Assembly: GCA_018366035.1 (NCBI GenBank)
Contig: JAGZIW010000006.1
Coordinates: 126,847 to 190,846 of the forward strand
DNA length: 64,000 nt
Reading direction: 5' to 3'
Source of the DNA: Butyricicoccus pullicaecorum
GTDB taxonomy: Bacteria; Bacillota; Clostridia; Oscillospirales; Butyricicoccaceae
Position numbers and translations under genes: made by a program. Below are positions 35,661 to 44,747 of this stretch, piece by piece (positions within the stretch are counted from its first letter, which is position 1; every line of letters starts with the position of its first letter). The notes under the pieces were generated by a model that worked only from the letters and a program-made list of their open reading frames with translations, did no database searches and had not been told where the DNA came from.

Positions 35661-36405
35661 CGGAGATCAGGATCGGTATATTACAGTACTGACAGAAGCG
35701 GGGCGTCGCATCGAGGTGCTATGTAAAGGTGTGCGCAGACGCGGCGGGCGTATGGTGCACGCCGTGCGGCTGTTTTGCTTTAGCGAACTGACCCTGTATG
35801 CAGGGCGCGGCGGAAAGTTTACTTTGACACAGGCGGATCTCATAGCATCTTTTTGGGGCGTGACGGAGAGCATGGAAAACTACGCCTTATGCTGTTATCT
35901 TGCGGAGCTTGCCGGACATATGACCGATACAGAGGTAGATAGTCCGGCAGTGACTCGGCTGCTGTTATATGCACTGCGCGCCATTGCGGATCAAAAACGG
36001 GATCGTCTGACCGTCAAGGCGGCATTTGAATTGAGAATCATGGCGGAGAGCGGATATACACCGGATCTGTCTGCGTGTTCTGTGTGCAGCACGCAGACGA
36101 TGGAACCTGTCTGGTTTTCTCCGCAGGACGGTGTGTGCCGCTGCGGTGCGTGCACCACACGGCTTGGTACATGTGGATATGCTTGCCTGTCGCCTGCAAC
36201 ACTGGCGGCTTTTTCGCATATCCTGACACAGACAATCCCGCGCGTCTATGCATTCTCCTTATCTGGGGCAGCGCGGATACAGCTGGCAGAGCTGTGCGAA
36301 GCCTATGCACTCTGTCATGCAGAGCGTGGCTTTGACAGTCTGACATTTTATCACTCCCTCGAGGCGGAGGGAGGTATTTCAAGAATATTGGGAGCAAAAA
36401 AATGA
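35614..36405 (+). CDS. recO: DNA repair protein RecO.
   Basis: N-terminal OB-fold (LKGLVIRENDFGDQDRYITVLT) and a C-terminal Cys4 zinc motif (CSVCS…CRCGAC). Confidence 0.85.
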   Translation: MEHLTLKGLVIRENDFGDQDRYITVLTEAGRRIEVLCKGVRRRGGRMVHAVRLFCFSELTLYAGRGGKFTLTQADLIASFWGVTESMENYALCCYLAELAGHMTDTEVDSPAVTRLLLYALRAIADQKRDRLTVKAAFELRIMAESGYTPDLSACSVCSTQTMEPVWFSPQDGVCRCGACTTRLGTCGYACLSPATLAAFSHILTQTIPRVYAFSLSGAARIQLAELCEAYALCHAERGFDSLTFYHSLEAEGGISRILGAKK

Positions 36406-38801
36406 ACCGATTGGCACAAAAATCACTTCATACATTGGAATATTTTACCGTTTTGGAGCTGTTGGCAGCACAGACGGTCTCGGCACATGGACGTGAGCTT
36501 GCGCTTGCACTGCGCCCGATTTCTGATCGGGAAGATGTAGCGCTTTCTTTGCGTCAGACAACGGACGCAAAGGATATGATGGTCAAAAATGGCAGCCCAA
36601 CCTTAGGCGGAATTCGGGATATTACCGCTGCACTGCGCCGATGTGAGGTGGGCGGCGTACTCAATATGCGGGAACTTCTAGATGTCGCATCACTCTTGCA
36701 GGCGTCCAGACTCATGCAGGCATATTTTGCTGAACAGGAAGAAAAGACTACGCTCACTGCGATTTATCACCGTCTATCCGGAAACCGTGCGCTGGAGGAA
36801 TCCATCACCACATCGATTTTATCCGAGGAGGAAATGGCCGATGGCGCTTCGGCAGAACTTGCTTCGATTCGGCGTGAAATGCGTCGGATCGGCGGCAGGG
36901 TGCGTGAAACGCTTGGGCGTCTGATTTCGGGTGAGCGTGCAAAATACTTACAGGAAGCCATTATTACCCAGCGCAATGGGCGCTTTGTTGTTCCGGTAAA
37001 AGCGGAGCATCGCGGCGACGTGCCGGGACTTGTGCATGATACCTCGGGAACGGGTGCCACCATCTTTGTGGAACCTGCGCAGGTGGTCGAAATCAATAAT
37101 CAGCTCAAGGTCTTGGAGGGGCGAGAGCAGCAGGAAGTTGAGCGGATCTTAGCGGCACTGTCAGCGGACGTTGCACAGTGCGCAGACTCTCTCCAAGAGG
37201 ATTATGAAGCTCTCTGTACCTTTGACTTCATTTTTGCACGTGCCAAGCTGTCCTTTCAGCTTAACGCAAGTGAACCGCGGCTGACAGAACAGTATCGTGT
37301 GAATTTGCAGCGTGCGCGGCATCCGCTGTTGGATCAGAAGCAGGCAGTTCCGATTGACATTGCAATTGGTGATACCTATGATACCTTGGTGATTACAGGT
37401 CCAAATACAGGAGGTAAGACGGTATCCATTAAGACACTGGGACTTCTATGTCTGATGGCGCAATCCGGTCTGCATATTCCGGCGAATGAACTGTCTGAGG
37501 TCTGTGTTTTTGAAAATATTTATGCAGATATCGGCGATGAACAGTCGATCGAGCAGAGTCTGTCCACGTTTTCCTCACATATGAAAACCATTGTAGGGAT
37601 TATGGAAAAGTGTGCACGTGGTGATCTGGTTTTGTTCGATGAGCTGGGCGCGGGAACTGACCCTGTGGAAGGGGCGGCGCTTGCGGTTTCAGTGATCGGC
37701 TATGCCAGACAAATGGGTGCACGGGTTGCAGCAACTACGCATTATTCTGAACTTAAGACCTTCGCACTGACAACAGAAGGCGTAGAAAATGCTTCCTGTG
37801 AGTTCGATGTCAGCACGCTGCGCCCAACCTATCGCTTGCTGACGGGAATTCCGGGCAAGTCCAATGCGTTTGCTATTGCGGCACGTTTGGGCTTGCAGCC
37901 AGCGATATTGGAGCACGCAAAGGAGCAGATTTCGAATGAGAACACGCGGTTTGAAGATGTGCTTGTGGAACTGGAAAAAGAGCGCCGACAGTTGGAAAGA
38001 TATAAAGCAGAGGCAGAACGTCTGCGGGCATCTGCGCAAAGCGAACGAGATAAGGCAGAAAATCTGCGTGACAAAACACAAGATGAAACCGACCGGATCT
38101 TGGAAAATGCGCGTCTCAAGGCTGACCGCATTTTGAAAGACGCCCGTATGGCGGCCGAAACGGTCTTTGACGAACTCGAGGATATGAAAAAGCAGGCGCA
38201 GAAGTCGGCAGCAGATGCAAATTTATCTGCGGCAAAGACTGCGCTTCGTGGTATTATTACACAAACGGAGACTGAACTGCGCGGTCAGGCGCGGCAGAAG
38301 CACACGGTTGACCGCAATGTGGTGCAAAATTTGAAGGCCGGAGATGAAGTACAGCTTTTGAATGTGTCAGGGGTAACGGCAACCGTACTCAAAGCGCCAG
38401 ATGCGGAGGGAAACGTGCAGGTACAGGCAGGCATCATGAAGATGATGGTGCGGATAGAGGAAGTACGCCCACTCAAAAAGAAGGAAAGCAAGACGACCTC
38501 GAAAAAAAAGCCGGCAAGCGGCACAGGACATGGCGTGCGGGAACTGCGTGTGCAGGCTGCACCCAGCGAAATCGACGTGCGTGGACTTTGCGCAGAGGAG
38601 GCGATTTTGGAAGTGGATCAGTTTATTTCCTCTGCACTCATGAGTAAGCTTCCGAGCGTGCGGATTATCCATGGCAAGGGAACGGGAACTCTTCGTGCTG
38701 CCATTCAGTCTCACTTAAAGCGAAATAAGTTCTGCAAGACTGTGCGCAATGGCGTGTTTGGTGAGGGAGAAATGGGCGTGACCGTAGTAGAATTTCGATG
38801 A
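36402..38801 (+). CDS. mutS2: Endonuclease MutS2.
   Basis: Walker A GPNTGGKT, a MutS ATPase core and a C-terminal Smr domain. The 799-aa gene overlaps recO (ATGA). Confidence 0.9.
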   Translation: MNRLAQKSLHTLEYFTVLELLAAQTVSAHGRELALALRPISDREDVALSLRQTTDAKDMMVKNGSPTLGGIRDITAALRRCEVGGVLNMRELLDVASLLQASRLMQAYFAEQEEKTTLTAIYHRLSGNRALEESITTSILSEEEMADGASAELASIRREMRRIGGRVRETLGRLISGERAKYLQEAIITQRNGRFVVPVKAEHRGDVPGLVHDTSGTGATIFVEPAQVVEINNQLKVLEGREQQEVERILAALSADVAQCADSLQEDYEALCTFDFIFARAKLSFQLNASEPRLTEQYRVNLQRARHPLLDQKQAVPIDIAIGDTYDTLVITGPNTGGKTVSIKTLGLLCLMAQSGLHIPANELSEVCVFENIYADIGDEQSIEQSLSTFSSHMKTIVGIMEKCARGDLVLFDELGAGTDPVEGAALAVSVIGYARQMGARVAATTHYSELKTFALTTEGVENASCEFDVSTLRPTYRLLTGIPGKSNAFAIAARLGLQPAILEHAKEQISNENTRFEDVLVELEKERRQLERYKAEAERLRASAQSERDKAENLRDKTQDETDRILENARLKADRILKDARMAAETVFDELEDMKKQAQKSAADANLSAAKTALRGIITQTETELRGQARQKHTVDRNVVQNLKAGDEVQLLNVSGVTATVLKAPDAEGNVQVQAGIMKMMVRIEEVRPLKKKESKTTSKKKPASGTGHGVRELRVQAAPSEIDVRGLCAEEAILEVDQFISSALMSKLPSVRIIHGKGTGTLRAAIQSHLKRNKFCKTVRNGVFGEGEMGVTVVEFR

Positions 38802-39041
38802 TGAGAAAAGAAAAAAGAAAAAATGAAAAGCTTCCGAAACAGTTGTCAGGGGTTGGGAATTGTTCAAATGGTTCAATATGAAATGTAAAAATTGCATATT
38901 TTCTACAAATCAGACGAGTATTTCCGCTAAAATAGGATTGACGAAAAGGGAAAAAAAAGGTATCCTATTATCATATCGATAAATGAGAGTCAGAAACAGT
39001 CAAAGAACCGATTAAACTTTGAATTAGGGAGCGATGAGGAA

Positions 39042-39305
39042 ATGTATTCGAAAGAAGTACAGGTGACCAATCAGGTAGGTCTTTATGCAAGACCAGCAAC
39101 TTTTTTCATTCAGAAGGCAAATGAGTTTAAGAGCACGATCCTCGTTGAGAAGGAAGAACGCCGTGTCAATGCAAAGAGCCTGCTTGGTATTTTGTCTCTT
39201 GGCATTACTAAGGGCACTACGATCAATTTGATCGCTGATGGTCCAGATGAGGAAGAAGCCGTCAATGCACTTGTAGAGCTGATTACTTCAAATTTCTCAG
39301 ACTAA
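39042..39305 (+). CDS. HPr-like phosphocarrier protein with Tyr at the His15 position (Crh-like).
   Basis: It aligns with HPr at GLYARPAT (versus GIHARPAT) and at the Ser46 region (NAKSLLGI). It is 87 aa. Confidence 0.8.
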   Translation: MYSKEVQVTNQVGLYARPATFFIQKANEFKSTILVEKEERRVNAKSLLGILSLGITKGTTINLIADGPDEEEAVNALVELITSNFSD

Positions 39306-39323
39306 GCCATTTTGTAAGGTCCA

Positions 39324-39353
39324 TAAAAGCACCGCGTGAGCGGTGCTTTTCTT
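39324..39353 (+). terminator. Intrinsic terminator after the HPr-like gene.
   Basis: AAAAGCACCGC-gtga-GCGGTGCTTTTCTT. Confidence 0.75.
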
Positions 39354-39389
39354 GTATATCAGAAATTGTCGATTTATTTGGAAAGAATC

Positions 39390-41219
39390 ATGCAGGAACG
39401 ATTTGAAGAACTTAAAAATAAGGTGCGCAGTTTACCGCTTATGTCAGGCGTTTATATTATGAAAAACAAGGCAGGACAGGTTATTTACGTTGGAAAGGCG
39501 AAGGCGCTCAAAAATCGGGTTTCTCAATATTTTCAATCAGATGCCAGACATAGCCCTAAAACCTTGCGCATGGTGTCGAATATCTATGACTTTGATATCA
39601 TTGTTACAGAGACAGAATTTGAGGCATTGGTGCTTGAAAACCAGATGATCAAAAAATATCAGCCAAAGTATAATATTTTGCTGAAAGATGACAAGGGATA
39701 TCCCTTTATCAAGGTGACCCTTTCCAGATCATATCCGGAATTTTCGATTGTGTCCAAGCCGGCTGCTGATGCGGACCGATATTTTGGCCCGTATACGAGC
39801 CGCCGTGCGGCAGCCAATGCCATTGATACCATCAACGAAGCGCTCAAGCTTAAAACCTGCCGCCGTGTTTTTCCACGTGACATTGGAAAGGAAAGACCGT
39901 GCCTGAATCTGCATTTGGGACGTTGCATTGCACCCTGTACAGGACAGATTCAACAAGAAGAATATGCAGAGCGTGTGCGCGAAGCAGTTGCACTTCTCGA
40001 AGGCAACGATAAAAAGCTGCTGACGGATTTGGAAGCACGTATGGAGCAGGCTGCCGAAGAATTACATTTTGAACAGGCTGCGGTATTGCGCGATCGGATT
40101 CGGGCGATCCATGCGCTGGGAGAAAAACAGAAGGTTGTGGCTGCGGCGTTTGCAGAGCTTGATGCCATAGCTTATGTGCAGGGGCAGACACGAGGCTGCG
40201 TTGTTGTACTGCATTATCTTGCAGGCAATTTGTATGACAAGGAATTTACTTTGCTCGATGGGGTCACGGCTGCCGATGCAGGGGAGGCACTGGGGGCATT
40301 TCTCAAGCAATATTACACGTTTCGGAACGCGGTGCCGCGCACCGTGCTGCTCTCTGATCCCGTGGACGAAATGGAGGCAGTGGGAGAATTCCTCTCCTCG
40401 ATTGCGGCAAGAAAGGTGGAGCTTACGGTGCCGCAGCGTGGCAGAAAGCACGATATCGTGCGGCTGGCACACAAGAATGCAGAGGAGGAAATTCTGCGTG
40501 TAGAGACCAGTCTGGAACGTCGTGTGAGATCGCTCGAGCTTTTACAGCAGATGACAGGAATGAAAGCCCTGCCGGCTGTTTTGGAAGCATATGATATCTC
40601 CAATTTTGCCGGACAGGATACCGTGGGCTCAATGGTGGTGTTTGCAGATGCAAAGCCGGCACGTTCACGCTATCGCAAATTTCGAATTGCAGTGGCAGCC
40701 AATGGACAAGACGATTATGCTTCCATGCGCGAAATGCTGACACGGCGCTTGCAGCGCTTTCAAGATGGTGATGAAAAGTTTTGTCCGCTCCCAGACGCGT
40801 TTCTCATCGATGGCGGATTGGGGCATGTGCGTGTTGCAGGGGAAGTGCTCGAGCAATTTGGCATAGATGTACCGTGCTTTGGTATGGTAAAGGACGACCG
40901 CCACCGCACCCGCGCATTGATTGCACCTGACGGACGGGAATTTGGGATTTCTACGGTTCCGGCTGTGTTTGCGCTGATTGGGCGGATTCAGGAGGAAGTA
41001 CACCGCTTTGCCATTACCTATAACCGTGCGCTTGGCAGCAAAAGACTGCGCGGCTCCTCTTTGGACAAGATCGAAGGGGTAGGAGAAAAGCGGCGCAATG
41101 ATTTATTGAAACACTTTGGAACCATTGAGAATATTAAGGCGGCGTCAGTAGAGGAACTGTCGCGTGTGGTGCCCCGCACAGTGGCAGAGCATATTGCGTC
41201 ATACTACCAGAAAAAATAA
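39390..41219 (+). CDS. uvrC: Excinuclease ABC subunit C.
   Basis: GIY-YIG motif (GVYIMKNKAGQVIYVGKA), the UvrC homology region and C-terminal RNase H/HhH domains. The ATG(MQERF) lies downstream of the terminator, so the 39336 start on the ORF track is rejected. Confidence 0.88.
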   Translation: MQERFEELKNKVRSLPLMSGVYIMKNKAGQVIYVGKAKALKNRVSQYFQSDARHSPKTLRMVSNIYDFDIIVTETEFEALVLENQMIKKYQPKYNILLKDDKGYPFIKVTLSRSYPEFSIVSKPAADADRYFGPYTSRRAAANAIDTINEALKLKTCRRVFPRDIGKERPCLNLHLGRCIAPCTGQIQQEEYAERVREAVALLEGNDKKLLTDLEARMEQAAEELHFEQAAVLRDRIRAIHALGEKQKVVAAAFAELDAIAYVQGQTRGCVVVLHYLAGNLYDKEFTLLDGVTAADAGEALGAFLKQYYTFRNAVPRTVLLSDPVDEMEAVGEFLSSIAARKVELTVPQRGRKHDIVRLAHKNAEEEILRVETSLERRVRSLELLQQMTGMKALPAVLEAYDISNFAGQDTVGSMVVFADAKPARSRYRKFRIAVAANGQDDYASMREMLTRRLQRFQDGDEKFCPLPDAFLIDGGLGHVRVAGEVLEQFGIDVPCFGMVKDDRHRTRALIAPDGREFGISTVPAVFALIGRIQEEVHRFAITYNRALGSKRLRGSSLDKIEGVGEKRRNDLLKHFGTIENIKAASVEELSRVVPRTVAEHIASYYQKK

Positions 41220-41241
41220 AAATAGGAGGAGTTATAAAAAT

Positions 41242-41799
41242 ATGCGAGTCATTTCCGGCACGGCACGGGGGAAAAAACTGATTCCGGTGTCAGGCATGGG
41301 CACCCGACCTACCACAGATCGGGTGAAGGAATCTGTATTTAATATCATTCAAAATCATGTGCAATCTGCACGTGTACTCGATTTGTTTGCGGGAACTGGT
41401 CAGATGGGCATTGAAGCCTTGTCTCGTGGAGCGGTGCATTGTGATTTTGTCGATCGGGATAAGGCGGCACAAAATGTGATTCGGAAAAATGTGGAGGCTG
41501 CGCGTGTTTCCGAGCGCGCACGGGTCACAGGCGGAGACTTTGGTTCTTTTGTGGCAGGCTGTAAAAAAGAGATGTATGATATCATCTTTTTGGATCCGCC
41601 GTATGGCGGAAAAATACTTGGAGAAGCCCTGCGCGCAATAGAAAGGTTTGACATCTTGTCGAGAACTGGTATAATAGTATGCGAAAGTTTTGTAGACGAT
41701 TCCGTGCAAACCAAATTTTCGATTGGCCGTACCTATCGATATGGAACCGTTCAGATTATGATTTTATCACATCAGCAGGAGAATGGAACGAATCTATGA
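41242..41799 (+). CDS. rsmD: 16S rRNA (guanine966-N2)-methyltransferase RsmD.
   Basis: RBS AGGAGGAG. Starts MRVISGTARG. SAM motif DLFAGTGQMGIEALSRG and DPPY motif. Confidence 0.85.
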   Translation: MRVISGTARGKKLIPVSGMGTRPTTDRVKESVFNIIQNHVQSARVLDLFAGTGQMGIEALSRGAVHCDFVDRDKAAQNVIRKNVEAARVSERARVTGGDFGSFVAGCKKEMYDIIFLDPPYGGKILGEALRAIERFDILSRTGIIVCESFVDDSVQTKFSIGRTYRYGTVQIMILSHQQENGTNL

Positions 41800-42281
41800 A
41801 AATTGCAATCTATCCGGGGAGTTTTGATCCGGTGACGCTGGGGCATTTAGATGTCATTGAACGAGCATCATCACTTTTTGACCGTCTAATCGTGGTTGTT
41901 ATGCACAACCAGACAAAGACGCCAATGTTTACATTGGAGGAACGTCAGAAATTTCTGCGTCAGATTACAGTACATTTGGACAATGTGGAAGTAGATGGAT
42001 TTTGCGGCTTGTTGGCAGAGTATGCGGCAAAACGCGGTGCATGCACCATTGTAAAAGGGCTGCGCGCAGTTTCCGATTTTGAATCTGAGTTCCAGATGGC
42101 GCTGGCAAACCGGAAGCTGAACCCAAATCTTGATACTGCATTTTTGATGACGAGTGCAAAGTACATGTATTTGTCCTCGTCGCTGGTGAAGGATATTGCG
42201 GCCCATGGCGGTGCAATCTCTGGCTTTGTTTCGTCGGAGATCGAAACAGAGGTCTTGAAACGAATGAGAAAGGAAGACTGA
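41796..42281 (+). CDS. coaD: Phosphopantetheine adenylyltransferase.
   Basis: YPGSFDPVTLGHLD (H/TxGH motif). ATGA overlap with rsmD. Confidence 0.92.
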   Translation: MKIAIYPGSFDPVTLGHLDVIERASSLFDRLIVVVMHNQTKTPMFTLEERQKFLRQITVHLDNVEVDGFCGLLAEYAAKRGACTIVKGLRAVSDFESEFQMALANRKLNPNLDTAFLMTSAKYMYLSSSLVKDIAAHGGAISGFVSSEIETEVLKRMRKED

Positions 42282-42285
42282 ATTT

Positions 42286-42750
42286 ATGGCAGCTGCATTA
42301 GAAGAACTGATCAATAATATTCAGGAAATGGTTCAGGAGGCATGGACGCTTCCATTGGCGAGTGACAAGTGTGTAATTGAGCGTGAGAGAATGCTCGATC
42401 TGATTGACGAGCTGCGCAGTACATTGCCGGCAGACATCAAGATGGCGGCAGAGATTGTTCAGCAGAGAAATCAAATGATGGCAGACGGCAGACGAGAGCT
42501 CGATACCATGAAAAAACGCCTTGAAGAGGAAGCGCGCAAGATGCTCAGCAAAACGGAAATCATGCAGCAGGCGCGCGCACGGGCAAAGGAAATCGTAGGG
42601 AATGCAGAGATTCAGGCAAAAGAGCTGCGCCGCGCAGCGAATGAATACTGTGAGGATTCCCTCAAGCGCACCGAAGAGGCGCTCAGCTTATCTTCGGAGG
42701 AGCTCAAGAAAGCGCGTGCGCGATTTCGATCGGCAGCGAAAAATGGATAA
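42286..42750 (+). CDS. Hypothetical coiled-coil protein, 154 aa.
   Basis: ORF immediately after coaD. It is highly charged and alpha-helical (…EEARKMLSKTEIMQQARARAKEI…). No catalytic motifs were found. Confidence 0.45.
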   Translation: MAAALEELINNIQEMVQEAWTLPLASDKCVIERERMLDLIDELRSTLPADIKMAAEIVQQRNQMMADGRRELDTMKKRLEEEARKMLSKTEIMQQARARAKEIVGNAEIQAKELRRAANEYCEDSLKRTEEALSLSSEELKKARARFRSAAKNG

Positions 42751-43008
42751 ATACAGGAGGAGGACGTTTGTGCGTTCTCCTTTTGCTTGAGACTGTCGAA
42801 GGGCTGTCAAAGTCCTTTCAGACGGTGAAATTCCGCTGAAGATACCTCAATTGTGCGGCGAATAAAAATTTTCTTGTTGTATATTTCAATTGTTTTCGTC
42901 TGTACCCGTCAAAGAATGAAAATCGAACAAATGTACGAAAAACGTGGAAAAATGTAAAAAAATGTACACTTCTGTCCGTTAAAATTGAAGTAAAGGCGCG
43001 GGAAGGGG

Positions 43009-43037
43009 TTGCAATTTGGTTACAAAACGACTATAAT
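43009..43037 (+). promoter_or_regulatory. Near-consensus sigma-A promoter of the dcw cluster (P-mra).
   Basis: TTGCAA -17 nt- TATAAT, 75 nt upstream of rsmH. Confidence 0.6.
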
Positions 43038-43112
43038 AGAACAAGAATAGAGGGTGTCTCTATTTTTTAGTGTGCCTAAATCATAGGGCTCAGGATATTA
43101 GGAAATTTAAGC

Positions 43113-44054
43113 ATGAACGATTTTTTTCATATCAGTATTTTGCTGGAGCCTTGCCTTGACGCATTGCAGATTAAGCCGGACGGTGTCTACATAGATGCAA
43201 CCCTTGGTGGGGCAGGACATTCATTCCATATTGCCAGCCGTTTGTCCGATGCGGGAACACTGCTCTGCATAGACAGGGACAGAGAAGCCCTTGCAAATGC
43301 AGAGGTTCGCTTGGCACCTGTACGAAACCGTGTGCGTTTGTGCCAAAGTGATTTTCGGCAGTTAGATGCAGTTTTGTCACGTGAGGGCTTTACACAGGCA
43401 GATGGCATACTCTTTGATTTGGGCGTATCCTCTCCGCAGCTCGATCATGGGGAACGTGGCTTTTCCTACATGAAGGACGCACCGCTTGATATGCGCATGG
43501 ATCAGGGACAGGCTCTGACAGCCTATGATATTGTCAATGGCTGGTCGCGTGAGGAAATCCGCAGAATTCTGTTTGAATACGGAGAAGAACGCTATGCACC
43601 GCTCATCGCGGCTGCAATCGAGCGGTACCGTCAGCAAAAGCCGATTGAGACAACACTGGAACTTGTAGATATTATCAAGGGTGCAATGCCTGTGAAGGCA
43701 CTGCGCGAAAAGCAGCACCCAGCAAAGCGCAGCTTTCAGGCAATTCGGATTGCGGTCAATGATGAACTTGGCGCAGTTTCTGAGGCGATGGAAAAGGCGA
43801 TTGATGTGCTTGCGCCGTGTGGGCGTTTGGCTGTCATTACTTTTCACTCACTGGAAGACCGCATTGTAAAAAACACATTCCAGAAGGCGGCACAGGGCTG
43901 TACCTGTCCGCGTGATTTTCCGGTATGTGTGTGCGGCAATCAGCCGCGCATCAAAATAATTACACGTAAACCAATCGTTCCGAACAGTGATGAGCTGAAC
44001 GAGAACGCCCGTGCCCGCAGTGCAAAGCTGCGTGTGTGCGAGAAACTGGGGTAA
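43113..44054 (+). CDS. rsmH: 16S rRNA (cytosine1402-N4)-methyltransferase RsmH (MraW).
   Basis: The 313-aa protein has a SAM-binding N-terminus (DATLGGAGHS) and the MraW family C-terminus. Confidence 0.9.
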   Translation: MNDFFHISILLEPCLDALQIKPDGVYIDATLGGAGHSFHIASRLSDAGTLLCIDRDREALANAEVRLAPVRNRVRLCQSDFRQLDAVLSREGFTQADGILFDLGVSSPQLDHGERGFSYMKDAPLDMRMDQGQALTAYDIVNGWSREEIRRILFEYGEERYAPLIAAAIERYRQQKPIETTLELVDIIKGAMPVKALREKQHPAKRSFQAIRIAVNDELGAVSEAMEKAIDVLAPCGRLAVITFHSLEDRIVKNTFQKAAQGCTCPRDFPVCVCGNQPRIKIITRKPIVPNSDELNENARARSAKLRVCEKLG

Positions 44055-44073
44055 CTACGAGAGGAGTCCAATT

Positions 44074-44658
44074 ATGATAAAAGCAAGCCGTGACAGCGCT
44101 GCATATCAACTGGACGCTGCATCGTCGCCAGACCAGCTGGACACCAGCCGTTTTGCGCAGCCTGAAAAATCAGATGTGCAGCAACAGCAGTCGAAGCCGG
44201 AGGGGAGACAGCCGGCGTCAAAACAAAAACAAACCGCTGGCAGACATCATAAAAAAAACAAAAAAGGGACGCAAATCAGGCAGCGTATTCGACTGGTTAC
44301 ACCAGCAAGACTGTTTTGTGCGGTTTTTGTTGGCATTTTGTGTACTTGCTTGATTTATTCGCAGATGATGTTGACCGTAAAGACACATGAGCTGAGCCAG
44401 TGCGAGAGTGAACTGAAGGTACTTGAAAGTGCCCATGTGTCGCTTATGAGTAAGTATGAGCAGCAATATAATGCAGATTATATTGCGGAATATGCAGAAA
44501 ATACACTTGGCATGGTGAAATTAAGCACCAGTCAGATCGAATATATCGAACTTGCCAGACAGGAGGGCATTGATGTCACATCGTCAGCGCCGACAACCGG
44601 TGGTGTGGTTGGTTCGCTTGTGAGAGGCTTTACTGCGCTTTTGGAATATCTGCGATAA
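44074..44658 (+). CDS. ftsL: FtsL/DivIC-like septum formation initiator.
   Basis: A bitopic protein with one TM helix (LFCAVFVGILCTCLIY) then a coiled coil. It sits at the ftsL position between rsmH and the PBP gene. Confidence 0.6.
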   Translation: MIKASRDSAAYQLDAASSPDQLDTSRFAQPEKSDVQQQQSKPEGRQPASKQKQTAGRHHKKNKKGTQIRQRIRLVTPARLFCAVFVGILCTCLIYSQMMLTVKTHELSQCESELKVLESAHVSLMSKYEQQYNADYIAEYAENTLGMVKLSTSQIEYIELARQEGIDVTSSAPTTGGVVGSLVRGFTALLEYLR

Positions 44659-44747
44659 GCCCCGCAATAAGATAGATACTACGGGAGTGAGAGGTGTCAT
44701 GCACTTCTGACTCCTTTTTTTCTGAATTTGACGGAGGAATCACGCTT

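Noticed and set aside
39336-39389. The upstream extension of uvrC (ORF-track start at 39336).
   Set aside because: The extension overlaps the HPr terminator hairpin and has no RBS. ATG(MQERF) at 39390 gives the canonical GIY-YIG N-terminus.
42286-42750. Assigning the coiled-coil protein after coaD to a specific family such as an ATP synthase b-like or V-ATPase subunit.
   Set aside because: Only general coiled-coil character was recognisable. Without a motif it is kept as hypothetical.
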